From positions 21,204,001-21,268,000 of the forward strand of contig CM022671.1 of the NCBI GenBank assembly GCA_012295275.1: DNA of 64,000 nucleotides, written 5' to 3'. The notes beneath the pieces were generated by a model. That model had not been told where the DNA came from. It saw only the letters and a list, made by a program, of their open reading frames with translations, and searched no databases. This document shows, in pieces, positions 1 to 12,949 of this stretch (positions are counted from its first letter, which is position 1; the number at the start of each line of letters is the position of its first letter). A program made the translations under genes and the position numbers. The DNA comes from Chrysomallon squamiferum. Its lineage: Eukaryota; Animalia; Mollusca.

Positions 1-224
1 ATAATCCTTCAGTGTTTTTAAGGAATATTAAATTTTAATTCAAGTTCATATAATACTGTATTTTATTCTTATTTATTGCATTTTATTTAATAATGTTTTT
101 TAAAATATTTCAAAGTTTGATTTGTCATTTTGCTTTCTGCCTATTCATTTCTATTATATATAAAACAGCACAGACAACCAAATTAATTTTATTTTAAGGT
201 ACTAATTTTAAACTTTTATTTCAG

Positions 225-284
225 GTGCTGAGAGCATTAAAACTTATTAAGTTATCGTCAAAAGGAGATGTTACATTATCATAA
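225..284 (+). CDS. Possible terminal coding exon of a gene starting upstream of the window
   Basis: Acceptor ttttatttcag ends at 224, followed by the open frame VLRALKLIKLSSKGDVTLS* and CpG-poor UTR-like sequence. Frame and identity cannot be confirmed. Confidence 0.25.
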   Translation: MLRALKLIKLSSKGDVTLS

Positions 285-1635
285 ATAGTTCTGCAGACAT
301 TCACAGCACATAGTACTGTATTTCATCACTCATGTAATAGGAAACTAAGAAATTATTGATTTACAAGCTACAGCTTGGAAATACTTTTTGCAATATGAAA
401 AGTTTAAAATAAAATCTGTCACAGGAAGCAACAAAAATTAACCCATAGAGAGTAATGGATTTTGTAACCATTTCTGAACAGATGATGTAATTATTCCTGA
501 GCTATTTGTACATTAATAAACAGACAGTGGAAACAAATATTATACAAATAATAAGTAATTTGACAGATATTAACAGCATTATTCTTTGAAAAGAGATTAA
601 TTTTCTCTTCATTCTGGTTAATTTATTTTTTTTTTTTTTTTTTTTTTCAGTGCAATTTGTAGTTTGCATCTATTTGCAAATTTGTATATTGTTCTATTTG
701 TGCAATTAAAGCTGCAATTTGTTTTTATTATTAAATTATAAAAAAAAATTGTTTTGGTATAATACTCTGTGTTGTGTTATTATACATACAGTTTGATAAA
801 AACTGTTTACAGATGGTTTTGCTGTGTGATACAGTCTGATAATCTGGAAAGTTTAGTATAGTTAAAAATAGTAAAAAGAAAGTCAATAATCAGACATTTG
901 CATTAACCAAGGAAAGAGCCAGCAGCAGAATGTTAGTATCTTACAGTCTCAAGGATAACGTAGATATACTTTAGTCATCCTTATTAATGTACATTTAGTA
1001 AATACTGATATTTTTATTTACAAATATATATATATATATATATTTGAAGGTAAAAATTATGTGTTCGTTATGTAAGCTTATCTATATACATCTATCTTTT
1101 TCTCTCTCTCTCTAGACACAGCCAGACACAAACAAACATACATTTAATATGGCAAATATTAGCATTTTTACGTACAAAACCACAGACAAAACCTCTTTTA
1201 CTTATACACTGAAGGTAGATAACAGTGCTTCTGAAACATTGGGGTTCGGGGTGGTCAGATTTTTCCATCATGTGAGACAGAGACAGTATTCCTATGTCCT
1301 GAACTTCAGTCAATGCCCAAAAGTGTATAGTATTACAATTCCTAGTTGTAGCTCGCTGATTTTTACGGTTTCTTGAAATATGAATACAGTTTAACATTTT
1401 GTTTAATAATAGTTTGTTCTGTATTTACTTAGGTTTATATACATTTTTATTTACTTTATATAAAAAAAATAATCTTTATAACACACAATCAAAAAAGTAG
1501 ATTTGTAAAATTTTATTAATTAAATCAGAATTAGTACAAAGAGCCAATGTGACTTAACGCTTTTTTTTTTAGTTTTAATTTTTAATTTTTTTTTTTTTTT
1601 TTTTTTAGTTCATTTTTTTTTTTTTTTTTTTCATT

Positions 1636-4483
1636 TTAAGACATCATATCACTAAGATAATCAGAAGTGATTCTGAAGTTTAACCCTTTCTCCTCCATGA
1701 CTGGCAAATGTTTGTCTTTTATGTACATCAGTTCAACACACTCCATCAATGTCAGGCCGCATGTTGTTACGTGAAATGTCTGCAGGTCTGAAAATAACAA
1801 ATTTATAATGATAATGAAATAGCAGATATCATAAATTTAATATGGGGGAAAAAATGAAGAAGAGAGAAACAGACAAATAAATAAAAAAATATATATATAA
1901 AAAAAATGAAAAAGGTTTGGTAATACGAATATTTGATCAATCGACACCAGCCGATTTATTCGCGTAAACATTTAATTTTTTTTTTTTTTTTTTTTTTAAT
2001 CATTTGATGGTGATGGTGATAGTAGTAGTAGCAGTAGTAGTAATAATAATTAAAAGAAAAAAAAGTGTAAATATATTCCGCATGCTTCAAAGTTATGGGT
2101 GTTGTGTAATTCTCGTTTGTTAATATAATAAATAACATGGTGTGATAACAAAAGAGAAAGGTAATAATAATAATAACAACAACAACAACAACAACAATAA
2201 TAAATAAATAAATTAACTATAGCTGTGGCATTCCGAAAATATATCTTCCAGTGCCCCCCCAAAACGATGACGTCACGACGTTCTAGATGTGAGAAAACTG
2301 CGGCGTTCAGATTTTTTATTTATTTATTTATTTTTTATTTTTTTTTTTTTTTTTTTTTTTTTTTGTAACAATATTATTTGTAGATACTAACAAAATAATG
2401 ATTTGGAATAAAAAGTATTAATAATTTGTACCACTACAACGAAGTTCTTTCAGATCACAAGCAGATATTGTTTTGACAAAAGTAATATAATATTTGTACT
2501 ATTAGTAATAGTAGTAACAACAGTTGTCAAAGTAATATTAATAATTGTTGTAATAAAAGTAGTTATAGCAGTAATAAGCGTAGTATCAGAATTTTGTGCA
2601 ACAGTAGTACTACTGGTAGTAATAATAGCGATAGTAGTCAAATAACTAATAATAATATTAATAATAGTTCTAGTAAAAGAATAGTAGCAGCAGTAGTGGT
2701 AGAAGTAGTAATGATCATCATTATAGAAACTCGGTTTTCTTACTGATTTTTCCTTCTGTTTGGAGTACACATATTTCATCTATGGCGGACACGGTAACTA
2801 TGGCGTTTATGTAGAGTTCTCGCAGAGCTTTGCATTGCTTTACCAAGGTAACAAGGCTGGCGTCTATCGTTTCGTTATTATTGTCCAGTTCCATCGACAG
2901 AACCTCTGAAAAAAAAAAGTATACATGTATGCTTGTTTAGGAAGCTTATAACTTATTAATAATAGTAACAACAACAAGAATAACAACAACATCAGCAATA
3001 ACAACAACAATAATAACAATAACATCATTAACAACAACAATCATATAAATAAATAAATAAATAAATAAAAAATAAATGTATGAATATAAAGCTCTTTGAT
3101 ACCCACTTATTTGTTTGTGGTAATTTGCGATATGGTTAATAGTTTCACTTAGCCGCCATTCTGCGCTGTCATCGTATCCTGTCCACATGTGAATTTTCGT
3201 ACAGGAGCTCCCGGCACGAGAATTCTGGTTGTGTCAGACGACATTCCGATACCCTCGAACCAGAAATCGATGGATAATTCTGGACACACCGTTTTTAACT
3301 TCTTCCATGAAAAGGGTGAAATTCGATGGAAGTGTGGGTCAGTGCGATATATCTAAATGGACAACTTGACGAATTGAAAATTGCAACCAGTGATCTAGAC
3401 ATCAAGACATAAAATAGACGAAACGAGAACAACTTACTTTGTTAACATTCTACACTAAGACGGCCATATCCAGATTTCATTCAACAGAGAATATTATAAA
3501 CCAAAGAATACTTTAGAAATTTTGTTGACAAGCCAGTTAATGTTAAACAATTTTTAAGAAACAAATTACACGCACACACAGAACACATATACCCTCACAC
3601 TGAGACACACATACACAAATATCACCTAAAATGTATTCTTAAATACTGAAAGTTATCGAAAGTCACCCTGAATTATATATAATATGGATATGAATTAATA
3701 TACCTTGCAGCTAATGTTCTTCAATTTTCCTGCAAGATGTTTTGCCATATTTTCAAATATATCGTCGGACAAGCAGTTGTAATTTAAAGAGATGTACGAA
3801 AGATTGGTGAACCTGGCCAAAGCATTCCTAAATCTTTTCACTTGAAACACAGCCAGCCTGGCATGAAAGAAGTCTTCAATATCCAGATCTTTTACAGTGC
3901 TGCCAGAAGCACTGCCAACAGCTTCTAAAATCTTACAACCGCTTGTCATCGAAAAATGGGCCGCAAGCATGTCAAACTCCACCAGATGTCTCTGCACGCT
4001 AAAAAAGTTAGCGAAACTATTAACAACCTTTTCCTTTAGGTTTTCATATTTCCAGAACCTGTTCAAATTGAGTCTTTCAAGTTCAAAGTGTATCAACTCG
4101 GCCGATCGGATCTTTTCTAAGAACTCTTCAATAGTGCCCTGTATGATTCTGCACGTGTGGCTGGAAGGATGGTTGCAGGACAGGAATAAGTAACGAATGT
4201 GAGCGCCGTGTTGGTTGGCGAATTTGCACGCTCTTTCACCAGCCGATTTAGCCCGGTATCCACCAAGATCTATGTATCGAGTTCTCCATAGACAAGGGTA
4301 CGCAAAAACCTTATACCAACTTTTGCAGGTCAGCGCCATGTTGACTCGGTCTCTGTCCTGCAAGCACAGGTAGATTTCGACAAGAGCTGTGTCTGGCAGG
4401 CAATTCCACATTCTTTCGTTAATTCTGTTCCACAATATATCCGGTAACCAAGCAGCAATTTTTTGGAACCACCCTAAACCCAT
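1636..4483 (-). CDS. F-box/LRR protein, FBXO39-like, paralog A (~446 aa if repaired); 1-bp frameshift in exon 2
   Basis: Exons 4483-3704, 3352-3107, 2905-2744, 1787-1636, all GT-AG, intron phases 0/1/1. F-box motif WNCLPDTALVEIYLCL..DRVNMALTCKSWYKVFAYPCLWR, then LRR-like repeats. Exon 2 is 246 nt versus 247 nt in the three paralogs; as written the frame stops at ~3149-3151. Confidence 0.85.
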
Positions 4484-4535
4484 CTACCGTTTTTACGTTA
4501 CTTGGCGCGTCACGAACGGTAGGTGGGATAAATAC

Positions 4536-4543
4536 CTACGTCA
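4536..4543. promoter_or_regulatory. CRE-like site (CTACGTCA) upstream of F-box paralog A
   Basis: ACGTCA core ~128 bp upstream of the F-box Trp codon; equivalent position in all four paralogs. Confidence 0.4.
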
Positions 4544-5046
4544 TATGATTATGACGACATTTCTTTTCATTATGTTAGCAATGGTTTTATTTTATTTTAT
4601 TTATTTATTTATTTATTTTTTAATTTTTATTATTATTATATATATTTTTTTGACGATATTATTTTCTCTCTCTTTTTCATAGTATCTGAAAGTTAACCAT
4701 AAATCAGACTTGAAGAAATCTTATCATGCAAGATTACACTGATGTGAAATAAACTCTAATATAAACAGTAATATAATATACATAATAAATCATAAAAAAA
4801 TTAAAGATTATAAATATTTATTTCAAAATATTGTTGTATATCTTTAAATATTGCAGAATAAATATATACAAATAAATTTTGTATAATTAAAAATAATGTA
4901 AAAGTATAGAAATCTTTATAAAATATATTTTATATCTAAAAATAAATCAGAATTTATATTTCTTTACTTTTTTCTTTTTTTAAATTTTTGTATAATAAAT
5001 GATTCCAATTCATGTAATATTATTTTGCGCCATTTCTTTTTTTATT

Positions 5047-5089
<43 letters not shown>

Positions 5090-5092
<3 letters not shown>

Positions 5093-5640
5093 TAAAATAG
5101 CATCCGCATAATAATCGGAAACGATTCTAAAATTTAGTCCTCTCTCGAGCATAACGGGAAGATGTTTCTCAGTAATGTTCATTAACTCGACACACTCAAC
5201 TTCCGATAGACCGCATGTCGTTATATGTAAAGTCTGTATATCTGAAAGAAACGAAACGAAACGAAAAATGTTGTTAGTTTTAAAATCAAGACAATTATAT
5301 TTAAATAAAAAAAAAAAAAAAAAAAAAGGTTCAAATGTAAAACAACAAAACATAATAAATAAATAAATAAATAAATAAATAAAATAAAATACAATTAATA
5401 AAAAGAAACACTTTTGTTAATTAAATATGCCTGTTTGGATTATCTTTGCCTTTTGTACTGCATCTTTTTCTTACCTATTTTGCGCTCTGTTAGAAGAGTA
5501 CAAACAGTGTCTATCGTGCCCACAGTCAGAACGGCATTAATGTACAGTTCTTTAAGAGCCTTGCAGTTAGAGACTAAATTTACAAGACTGTTTCCGATGA
5601 ATTCGTGAATGTTGTCTAATTCCAATGAGAGCACAACTTG

Positions 5641-5687
<47 letters not shown>

Positions 5688-7556
5688 CTAGTAATTTATT
5701 TTGAATTGTTATACTTGCAGCTGTTTTATATGTGTCTATGTATGTATGTATGTATGTACGTAATTATGTGTGTACGTATGTATGAATGTATGTATGAATG
5801 TATGTATGAATGTATGTATGTTTGTTTGTTTGCATGCATCTTTATACAGCCTATTGATATGAATGTGTGTATGTTCGTACGGCACTTATGTAAGTACGAG
5901 TTGTTTTACGACTGTCAAAGCAATGTTATACCAATTTGTTTCTGGTGATCGGCGATGTGTTTAATACTATCACACAGCTGCCAGTCCGCGTTATCATCGT
6001 ATCCAGTCCATAAACGAATGTCGCGAAATGGAGCTTCTGGCGCAAGAACCCGGATGATTTCTGAGGACATGCCAATAGTTTCAAACCAGACATTGATGGA
6101 TAGGTCTGGACAAGCTAGTTTTAAATTTTTCCATGCGTTAGATGTAATTCGATGGAAATGCGGATCATTTTTGCTTACCTGTTTAAAATGTATCAAGTAA
6201 AGAGAAGGTAATTCGCTGTTAAGGGGACAGTAATGTTTACGGTGTCATACGAGATACAACATTGCAAAAATAATAAATAAATAAATAAACGAATAATAAA
6301 AAAAATTAAAAAATAAATAAATAAAAGAAAAAGGAAAACAAAGAAAAAAGAATAAAACAAAAAGAAAACAAGCAAAAAAAAAAAAAAAGGGGAAAAAAGT
6401 GATAAATAATAATAATGATAAATAAAAAAAAAAAAACAACGAAATATGCACAAAATTCAAGGAAATATAAATTAAAAATAAATAAATATGATCAGTTAAA
6501 AGGAAAAAAATTAATTAAGAAATCGCTAGTAAATTTCATACTACTGATACCAGATAACTGTATGATCGGAATATTATAATTATTAAATCGTCATTAAATA
6601 CAGTTTGTAGAGTAAGTGAAAATTATTTAATCTAGTAATAAAAATAAAGTTAGACGAACTAGATTTTAGAATTTGTAGGTCGATATACGTTTCATTTTAA
6701 GTATTAATTCCATATCTCTCTCTTACTCATTCTCCTTCCCTCCCTTCGTACCCATTCTCTATCTCTCTGTAACTATCTCTCTCTCAAAGATACTGAAACA
6801 CACTTATTCATAAAAAGTAATTCTTCCCAGGTTTTACCATTATATTAATAATCCTTAGCTTTCCTCCGAGGCTGTATGACATAGCCGTCAGAATACTATC
6901 AGACAGACAGCTGTACTTTAGCGCTACATGCGAAAGGTTGGTGAATTTGGACAAAGCCTCCCTATATCTTTTAACTAGGTACATTGTAAGCCGGGCTTTG
7001 AAAAAATCTATCAGACCGAGAATTTCGATAGTAGCACCAGATCCACTTCCAACAGCTTCCAGTATGCGGCATCCATTATTCAGTGAAAAGTGGGCATCTC
7101 CCATATCGAAATTTCGAAGATGTCTCTGCTCACGAAAGAATCGGCAGAAACTGTGTATTACTCTTGCCTTCAAGGTTTCATACTTCCAGAACCTATCCAG
7201 GTTGAGTCTCTCCAACTGGAAATGTACTAGTCGACTTTGGTGAATCTTCTGGAAAAAGACTCAACTGTCAGGGTCATTGTTTTGCACGTTTCGCTGGAAG
7301 GATGGCTGCACGTGAGGAACAGATGTCTGAGTTGGGCTCCATGTTGGTCGGCGAATTTGCATGCACGTTGTCCCGCGGACTTTGCTCGGTATCCGCCAAG
7401 CTCAATAAAACGCGATCTCCAAAGGCAAGGCGATAAAAACACTCTGTACCAGTTCCTACAGGACATCGCCATGTTGATCTTCCATCGGTCACTCAGGTAC
7501 ATATAGATTTCTATGAGAGCCGTGTCAGGGAGTCGGCTCCACATCCGTTCTTCCAT
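5090..7556 (-). CDS. F-box/LRR protein, FBXO39-like, paralog B (~426 aa if repaired); 1-bp frameshift in exon 1
   Basis: Exons 7556-6838, 6178-5932, 5636-5475, 5241-5090. F-box WSRLPDTALIEIYMYL..CRNWYRVFLSPCLWR. ORFs 7227..7556 and 6808..7215 join as ...VESFFQKIHQSRLVHFQLERLN... if one base is restored in the A5 run at 7253-7257. Confidence 0.85.
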
Positions 7557-7655
7557 GATGTTTCTGAGTTTCTCGATTCCTGAGTGGTAAAAATGGAGTC
7601 AGGATTTGCAGAAGATCCGTTCGCGGTGCTAAGATCAATGCACGTAATAATAATG

Positions 7656-7663
7656 TGACGTCA
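7656..7663. promoter_or_regulatory. Palindromic CRE (TGACGTCA) upstream of F-box paralog B
   Basis: Perfect CREB/ATF consensus 100 bp upstream of ATG 7556. Confidence 0.5.
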
Positions 7664-7665
7664 TA

Positions 7666-8584
7666 TAATTATAAATTAAAGACGTTACCTTACTTCGTGT
7701 ACCGCATGATCATGGATGTATCTGAGATCTTGAAAACACCGTCTGTTTTTTCTGCCTTTTAATAATCGTTAAATGATACCTGCATTTCTTTTCTTCTCTT
7801 TAATTAGCTAACGCATAAACAAATTTCTTTTAGAACACCTGATCTAGTTACATAAAATTATCAGTTAATACAATAATTTTACAATACTTTATTAATTCCG
7901 GTGCCCATCTATTTATCTATTTATAGACAGAAGTGCAAGCATTGAATTCTACTTCATTTTTTATTATTATTATTTTATTTTTTTTTCATAATGAAAAATC
8001 AAATTTTAGGCCATCGGATACTGTCCCAAAAAAGAGAAAGTGAATATTTCAAAGCAAAAAAACTTGAATTTGAGCACTGCCGGCAAAACGATAAAAGGCT
8101 CATCACAGAAACCACGAGTACCTTTTCGTTACTGTTGAGTTGAAATAATCAGTGCCTGATAAGCTATCAGATCTGAACACCAAGCAAAGAGAACGAAAGC
8201 TAGATTTAGAAAGCGGTACTACAAAGAATAGTTTGGAGAGAAGGACCAACAGAAACAACTGTTGTAGCAATGTAGACGTATATGTTACTTTTATTAAGGA
8301 AATTATTTATATATTTTCATTTTATTCACGTTCGCAGCATATTCTTTCGGGCGCCTGGCAAAGCTGATAACAATATTTCAGGCGAATTGTAAAATACACA
8401 CAAACGTGTACAGTATAAATTTATTTTCTACAACAAATTTAAATGTGCATTACAAAAATAAGAAATGGAGGCAATAATTAGCGATAATTAAAAGGCAGAT
8501 AAACAGACGGTGTTTTCAAGATTTCAAATGCATACATGATCATGCGGTGCACGAAAAAAGGTAATATCATTAATGTATAAATAT
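7666..8584. mobile_element. Putative non-autonomous foldback/MITE-like element with long imperfect terminal inverted repeats
   Basis: ~7668-7790 (…cttcgtgtaccgcatgatcatggatgtatctgagatcttgaaaacaccgtctgttt…) is the reverse complement, with scattered mismatches, of ~8460-8582 (…aaacagacggtgttttcaagatttcaaatgcatacatgatcatgcggtgcacgaa…). No credible coding frame inside; ends are TA-rich. Confidence 0.55.
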
Positions 8585-9178
8585 TTAAACGTACACATTT
8601 ACATGCACACTAACATACATACATACACATACATACGTACATACTCTCACTTGTATTACACTCATTTACATTTGTCATATTTATAGAAAAAGAAGATATG
8701 CCAACTGAAATCCGAGATTTATGATAATATTTTTACCTGGACACTTCGTTTCTTTTTATAATAAATAATAAATATAGAAAATAAACATTAAATCAGCCGT
8801 TTCCAGTAACAGTTTTACTTTCTTTGAATTCATAATACATCAACAAATCGTAGAACCACTCAGAACGAAGTTACAACAAACACCGACATAGATGGATACA
8901 TTTATAAATAACTAAAAATAACTAAATAATGAAATGTTCACAGAATAAATAAAATGAAACAAAATAAATAAATAGATAGATAAATAAACAAATAAATAAA
9001 TTAATTTTATTTTTAACAAAAATAATTATAATAGTGCAAGCTAATACACCTCGAATCCTGATTTTAAAAGGAGGAATGTAAAACAGGAAGAAGGAATTAA
9101 ATAAATATATCAACACGAAGAAAAGCCTAAACAGTGTCATAAATAATACATAGGGTTTTAATATATCTGTACTACATG

Positions 9179-9930
9179 TTCTGTATTAAGCGTACTATAA
9201 AGTAATTACATATAAAAATTAAACAACAAATAATATTTAAACAAAACATTTATCTTGTACACACTTTTCTAAATATAAAATCAGGAAAAACAAACAGCAA
9301 AAATTAAAAACCATATGTTATACTACACAGCTTTTAATCAACAATATAATATAATATAATATAATATAATAAATAAATAAATAACACGAACCCAGCAACA
9401 TAACCAAAAAAGAAAAAAGAACTTAACACAAACAGCTACACATATTTATAAATATTCTGAATACCTGACAGACTGTTTAACATCACATTCTATACCGGAA
9501 CATTTTAATATACGCATATTACATTTTTCTGTGTTAAGCATAATATAAAGTAATTGCATATAAAAATTAAACAACAAATAATATATAAACCAAACATTTA
9601 TCTTGTACACATTTTTCTAAATACATAATCAGAAAAACAAGCAGTAAAAAACTCGAAACTAGTTTTTTAATAAACAATATAATATAATATAATATAATAT
9701 AATATAATATAATATAATATAATATAATATAATATAATATAATATAAAATAAATAAATAAATAATACAAAGCCAGTATAATATAATATAATATAAATAAA
9801 TAAATAATACAAACAAAGTAGCATATCAAAAATACAAAATTAAAAAAGAAGATTACGATACAACGGCTACATGTATTTATGTATATGTTGACTGCCCGAC
9901 AGCCTATTTAAACCCACATTACCTTATCCG
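9179..9930. repeat. Diverged tandem duplication, two ~350-400 bp units each containing (AATAT)n
   Basis: tctgtattaagcgtactataaagtaattacatataaaaattaaacaacaaataatat… at ~9180 recurs as tctgtgttaagcataatataaagtaattgcatataaaaattaaacaacaaataatat… at ~9528, with colinear similarity downstream. Confidence 0.8.
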
Positions 9931-10463
9931 GTCCTGAATCCTGGCCTCAATACACGTTTACACTGGTCCCGCTGGCTGCAGAGATTTCATAGAACCCACG
10001 GCCACGATGTCTTGCCATTTTTAATAATAACAGACCTCTATACCTCTAACCCACCAGTTACATATAACCCGAAAGTTTACAGCACCGTAACGTGATATAA
10101 ACTTAACTTTACGTTAGGTAATCGATTCAAAGAAAACTGACAAAATGAAAGAAAAATATGATATAAATCGCTCAAAATCAAGGGAATCGCAAACAACACA
10201 ATTCCTAATATTACATAATTATACTAGAAACAACGCCATCTGTTGGCTGAACACTACCCGTTTCAAGAGAATCTTGTATTCGGAATATAAAAGGTGTCAA
10301 CTAAAATCGTTACAAATTTAAAAAACGTTTTGGAAACCTTTCCTAAAAGCAATAGTCGATTAATTACATAAGACCTATAAACATCCAGATATAACGAATT
10401 TTCCAGTCCCATCTGAACTTTTGAAATTAAAATTTTATAGAGTATATATTACTAACTGGCATC

Positions 10464-10499
<36 letters not shown>

Positions 10500-10855
10500 A
10501 TTAATCTTTAAAAGAATTACACTATGTAATCATAACCATGGTTCTTTTTTCAGTTTCTTCAAACAAATCATGAACAAAGCATATCTTGTAATTAAAATTT
10601 TAACATATTTTAATTAATATATTTAATAATTAACAATTAATAATAAATGAACAAATGTAAGTAATTAATATAATTATGGCAATTAACATTTATTTTAATT
10701 AATACAATGAGTAATTACATATCTTGCTGTAAAAAATGTTAGTAATTAACATATATTTTAATTTACATATTGGTTAATTAGCATCTAGTAATTAATGTAT
10801 TTAGTAATTAACATAACTATTAGCAATGTTTTTTTAAATTTGAATTCTTTTTTCT

Positions 10856-11528
10856 CTAAAATAAAGTATCTGCGAAATAGCCTGCGTTAATTTTGAAATC
10901 CAGACCCTTTTGCTCAATTACTGGTAGATGTTTTTCCTTTATGTATGCCAGCTGCTCGCATTCTATTTCCGACAGTCCGCATGTTGTTACGTGAAATGTT
11001 CCCAAGTCTGCAACATATGCAATTATAGGAAACTGGAGATTAAAGAGGTACGTATTTTCGTGTGTACGCATTTTCGTCTGTATGTGTGTGTGTGTTTGTG
11101 AGTGTCTGTGTGTGTGTGTGTGTGTGTATGCATTATATATCTATGTTATAAAATGTGTTTATCAGTTTGTGCACTTGTAAACGTATATGTATATGTGTTT
11201 GTTTGTACGTATCTGTTATATTTTAAAACGTATGTATATGTTGTATTTTACGTACATTTAGGTGTGTTTGTGTGTGTGGATATATATGAAATATTCCATG
11301 TAACATAATATCTATAATTTATAAATGTTGTTGGTGGTAATATATATATATTAATTTTTAAATAGTCCGCAGAAACTTAAGCAGGATCAGCTGGGTTTGG
11401 GGAGACGTAATAAATTATACATTACACATCAGTATTGATAAAATAAACAAGAGAAACAATCATTGTTAATATTCAGAAAAAAAATATAATATATATATAA
11501 AAAAAAAATAAATAAATAAATATATAAA

Positions 11529-11559
<31 letters not shown>

Positions 11560-12892
11560 GAAGAAGAAGATGAATAGTAATAATAGTAATAATAAAAATA
11601 ACAATAACAATAACAACAAGAACAATAAAAATAATAATAGTAATAATAACAACACTAATTATAACTGAAATAGCGTTTATATATTATTACTATTATTGTT
11701 GTTGTGATAGTGTATAAATACCAGAAACAGCGGTGCTGATACTGTAGTTTAACATAAACTCACCTAACACTCCGAGTTGCTGCAGGGTACATATTTCGTC
11801 GATGGTACCCACGGAAATCATCGCGGTGAGGTAGAATTCTTTTAGACTTTTACATCTCCTTAACATTCTCACCAGGCACACATCCACGGTCTCATTATCA
11901 TTGTCCAGCTCCAGCGCCAGCAGTTCTGTAAAATTCATACTGAAGTCGAATTTGCATTTACCTGTTGTTGAGGTGGGACATGTATTTTCCACTGCCAATA
12001 ACACGTGCGTGCATGAATGTGTTTGTGTCTGTGTTTTGTTTAATTGTATGTCTGTATGACTTCAGTATGACTTAGATGGAAAATCTGAAGAATCCACGGT
12101 GGAGTTCAGTTTACGTATATTTTACTATAAAACCGTTTTTTGTTTTTGTCGTGTGTGCCAAATACATCGAAGACAGATTTCGATTTATATTATTAATGTA
12201 AACAGAACTGAATTTGTAAGACACATATATAAAAGCACTTTTTATGTTGTAAATATACTTGAATATATTATAAACGTATGACTACAAAATCTGAATTTAT
12301 AAAATTTGGACTTAAAATTTTACAATGTGGACACACATACAAATACATCTTCATGCACACATAAAGCACAAACAAACGTACATATTCATATAAAAAATTA
12401 ATGATTATAGATTAAAACTGTTTTTTTTTTTTTTTTTCTTTCTTTCTATGGTTTTTAACTTTTTAATTTTTTTTAAAATTATATAAAAAAAAATTGGTGA
12501 AGTTACCTATTTGCTTATTATTAGCAGCAATGTGGTTAATAGTTGCGTTCAGCTGCCAATCTGCATTTTCGTCATATCCGGTCCACATGTGAATCTCTTT
12601 CACTGGAGCTTCGGGATCCAGAATGGGAATAATGTGAGATGACAATCCGACTCCTTCAAACCAAACGTCAAGCGATATTTGGGGACACGTTTTCTTCAGC
12701 TTCGTCCACGCAGATGGTGAAATTCGATGAAAATGCGGATCACTTCTGTTAATCTAATTAAACGAACATTAATTTTTACAAAAAGAAATATAAAATTGTA
12801 GGGTTTTTTGTGGGTTTTTTTTTCCTATTCTGTTCCCTAGACGTTTGCTCATTTTTTTTTAATCACAGAAACATGCTAAAATTAACACACAT

Positions 12893-12949
<57 letters not shown>

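Noticed and set aside
1092-1397. Overlapping short ORFs 1092..1397(-) and 1149..1376(+)
   Set aside because: No recognisable motif or splice context; likely convergent 3' UTR or intergenic sequence.
3897-4193. Plus-strand ORFs resembling each other (also 6938..7243 and 16781..16993)
   Set aside because: Antisense shadows of the conserved F-box exon 1, not independent genes.
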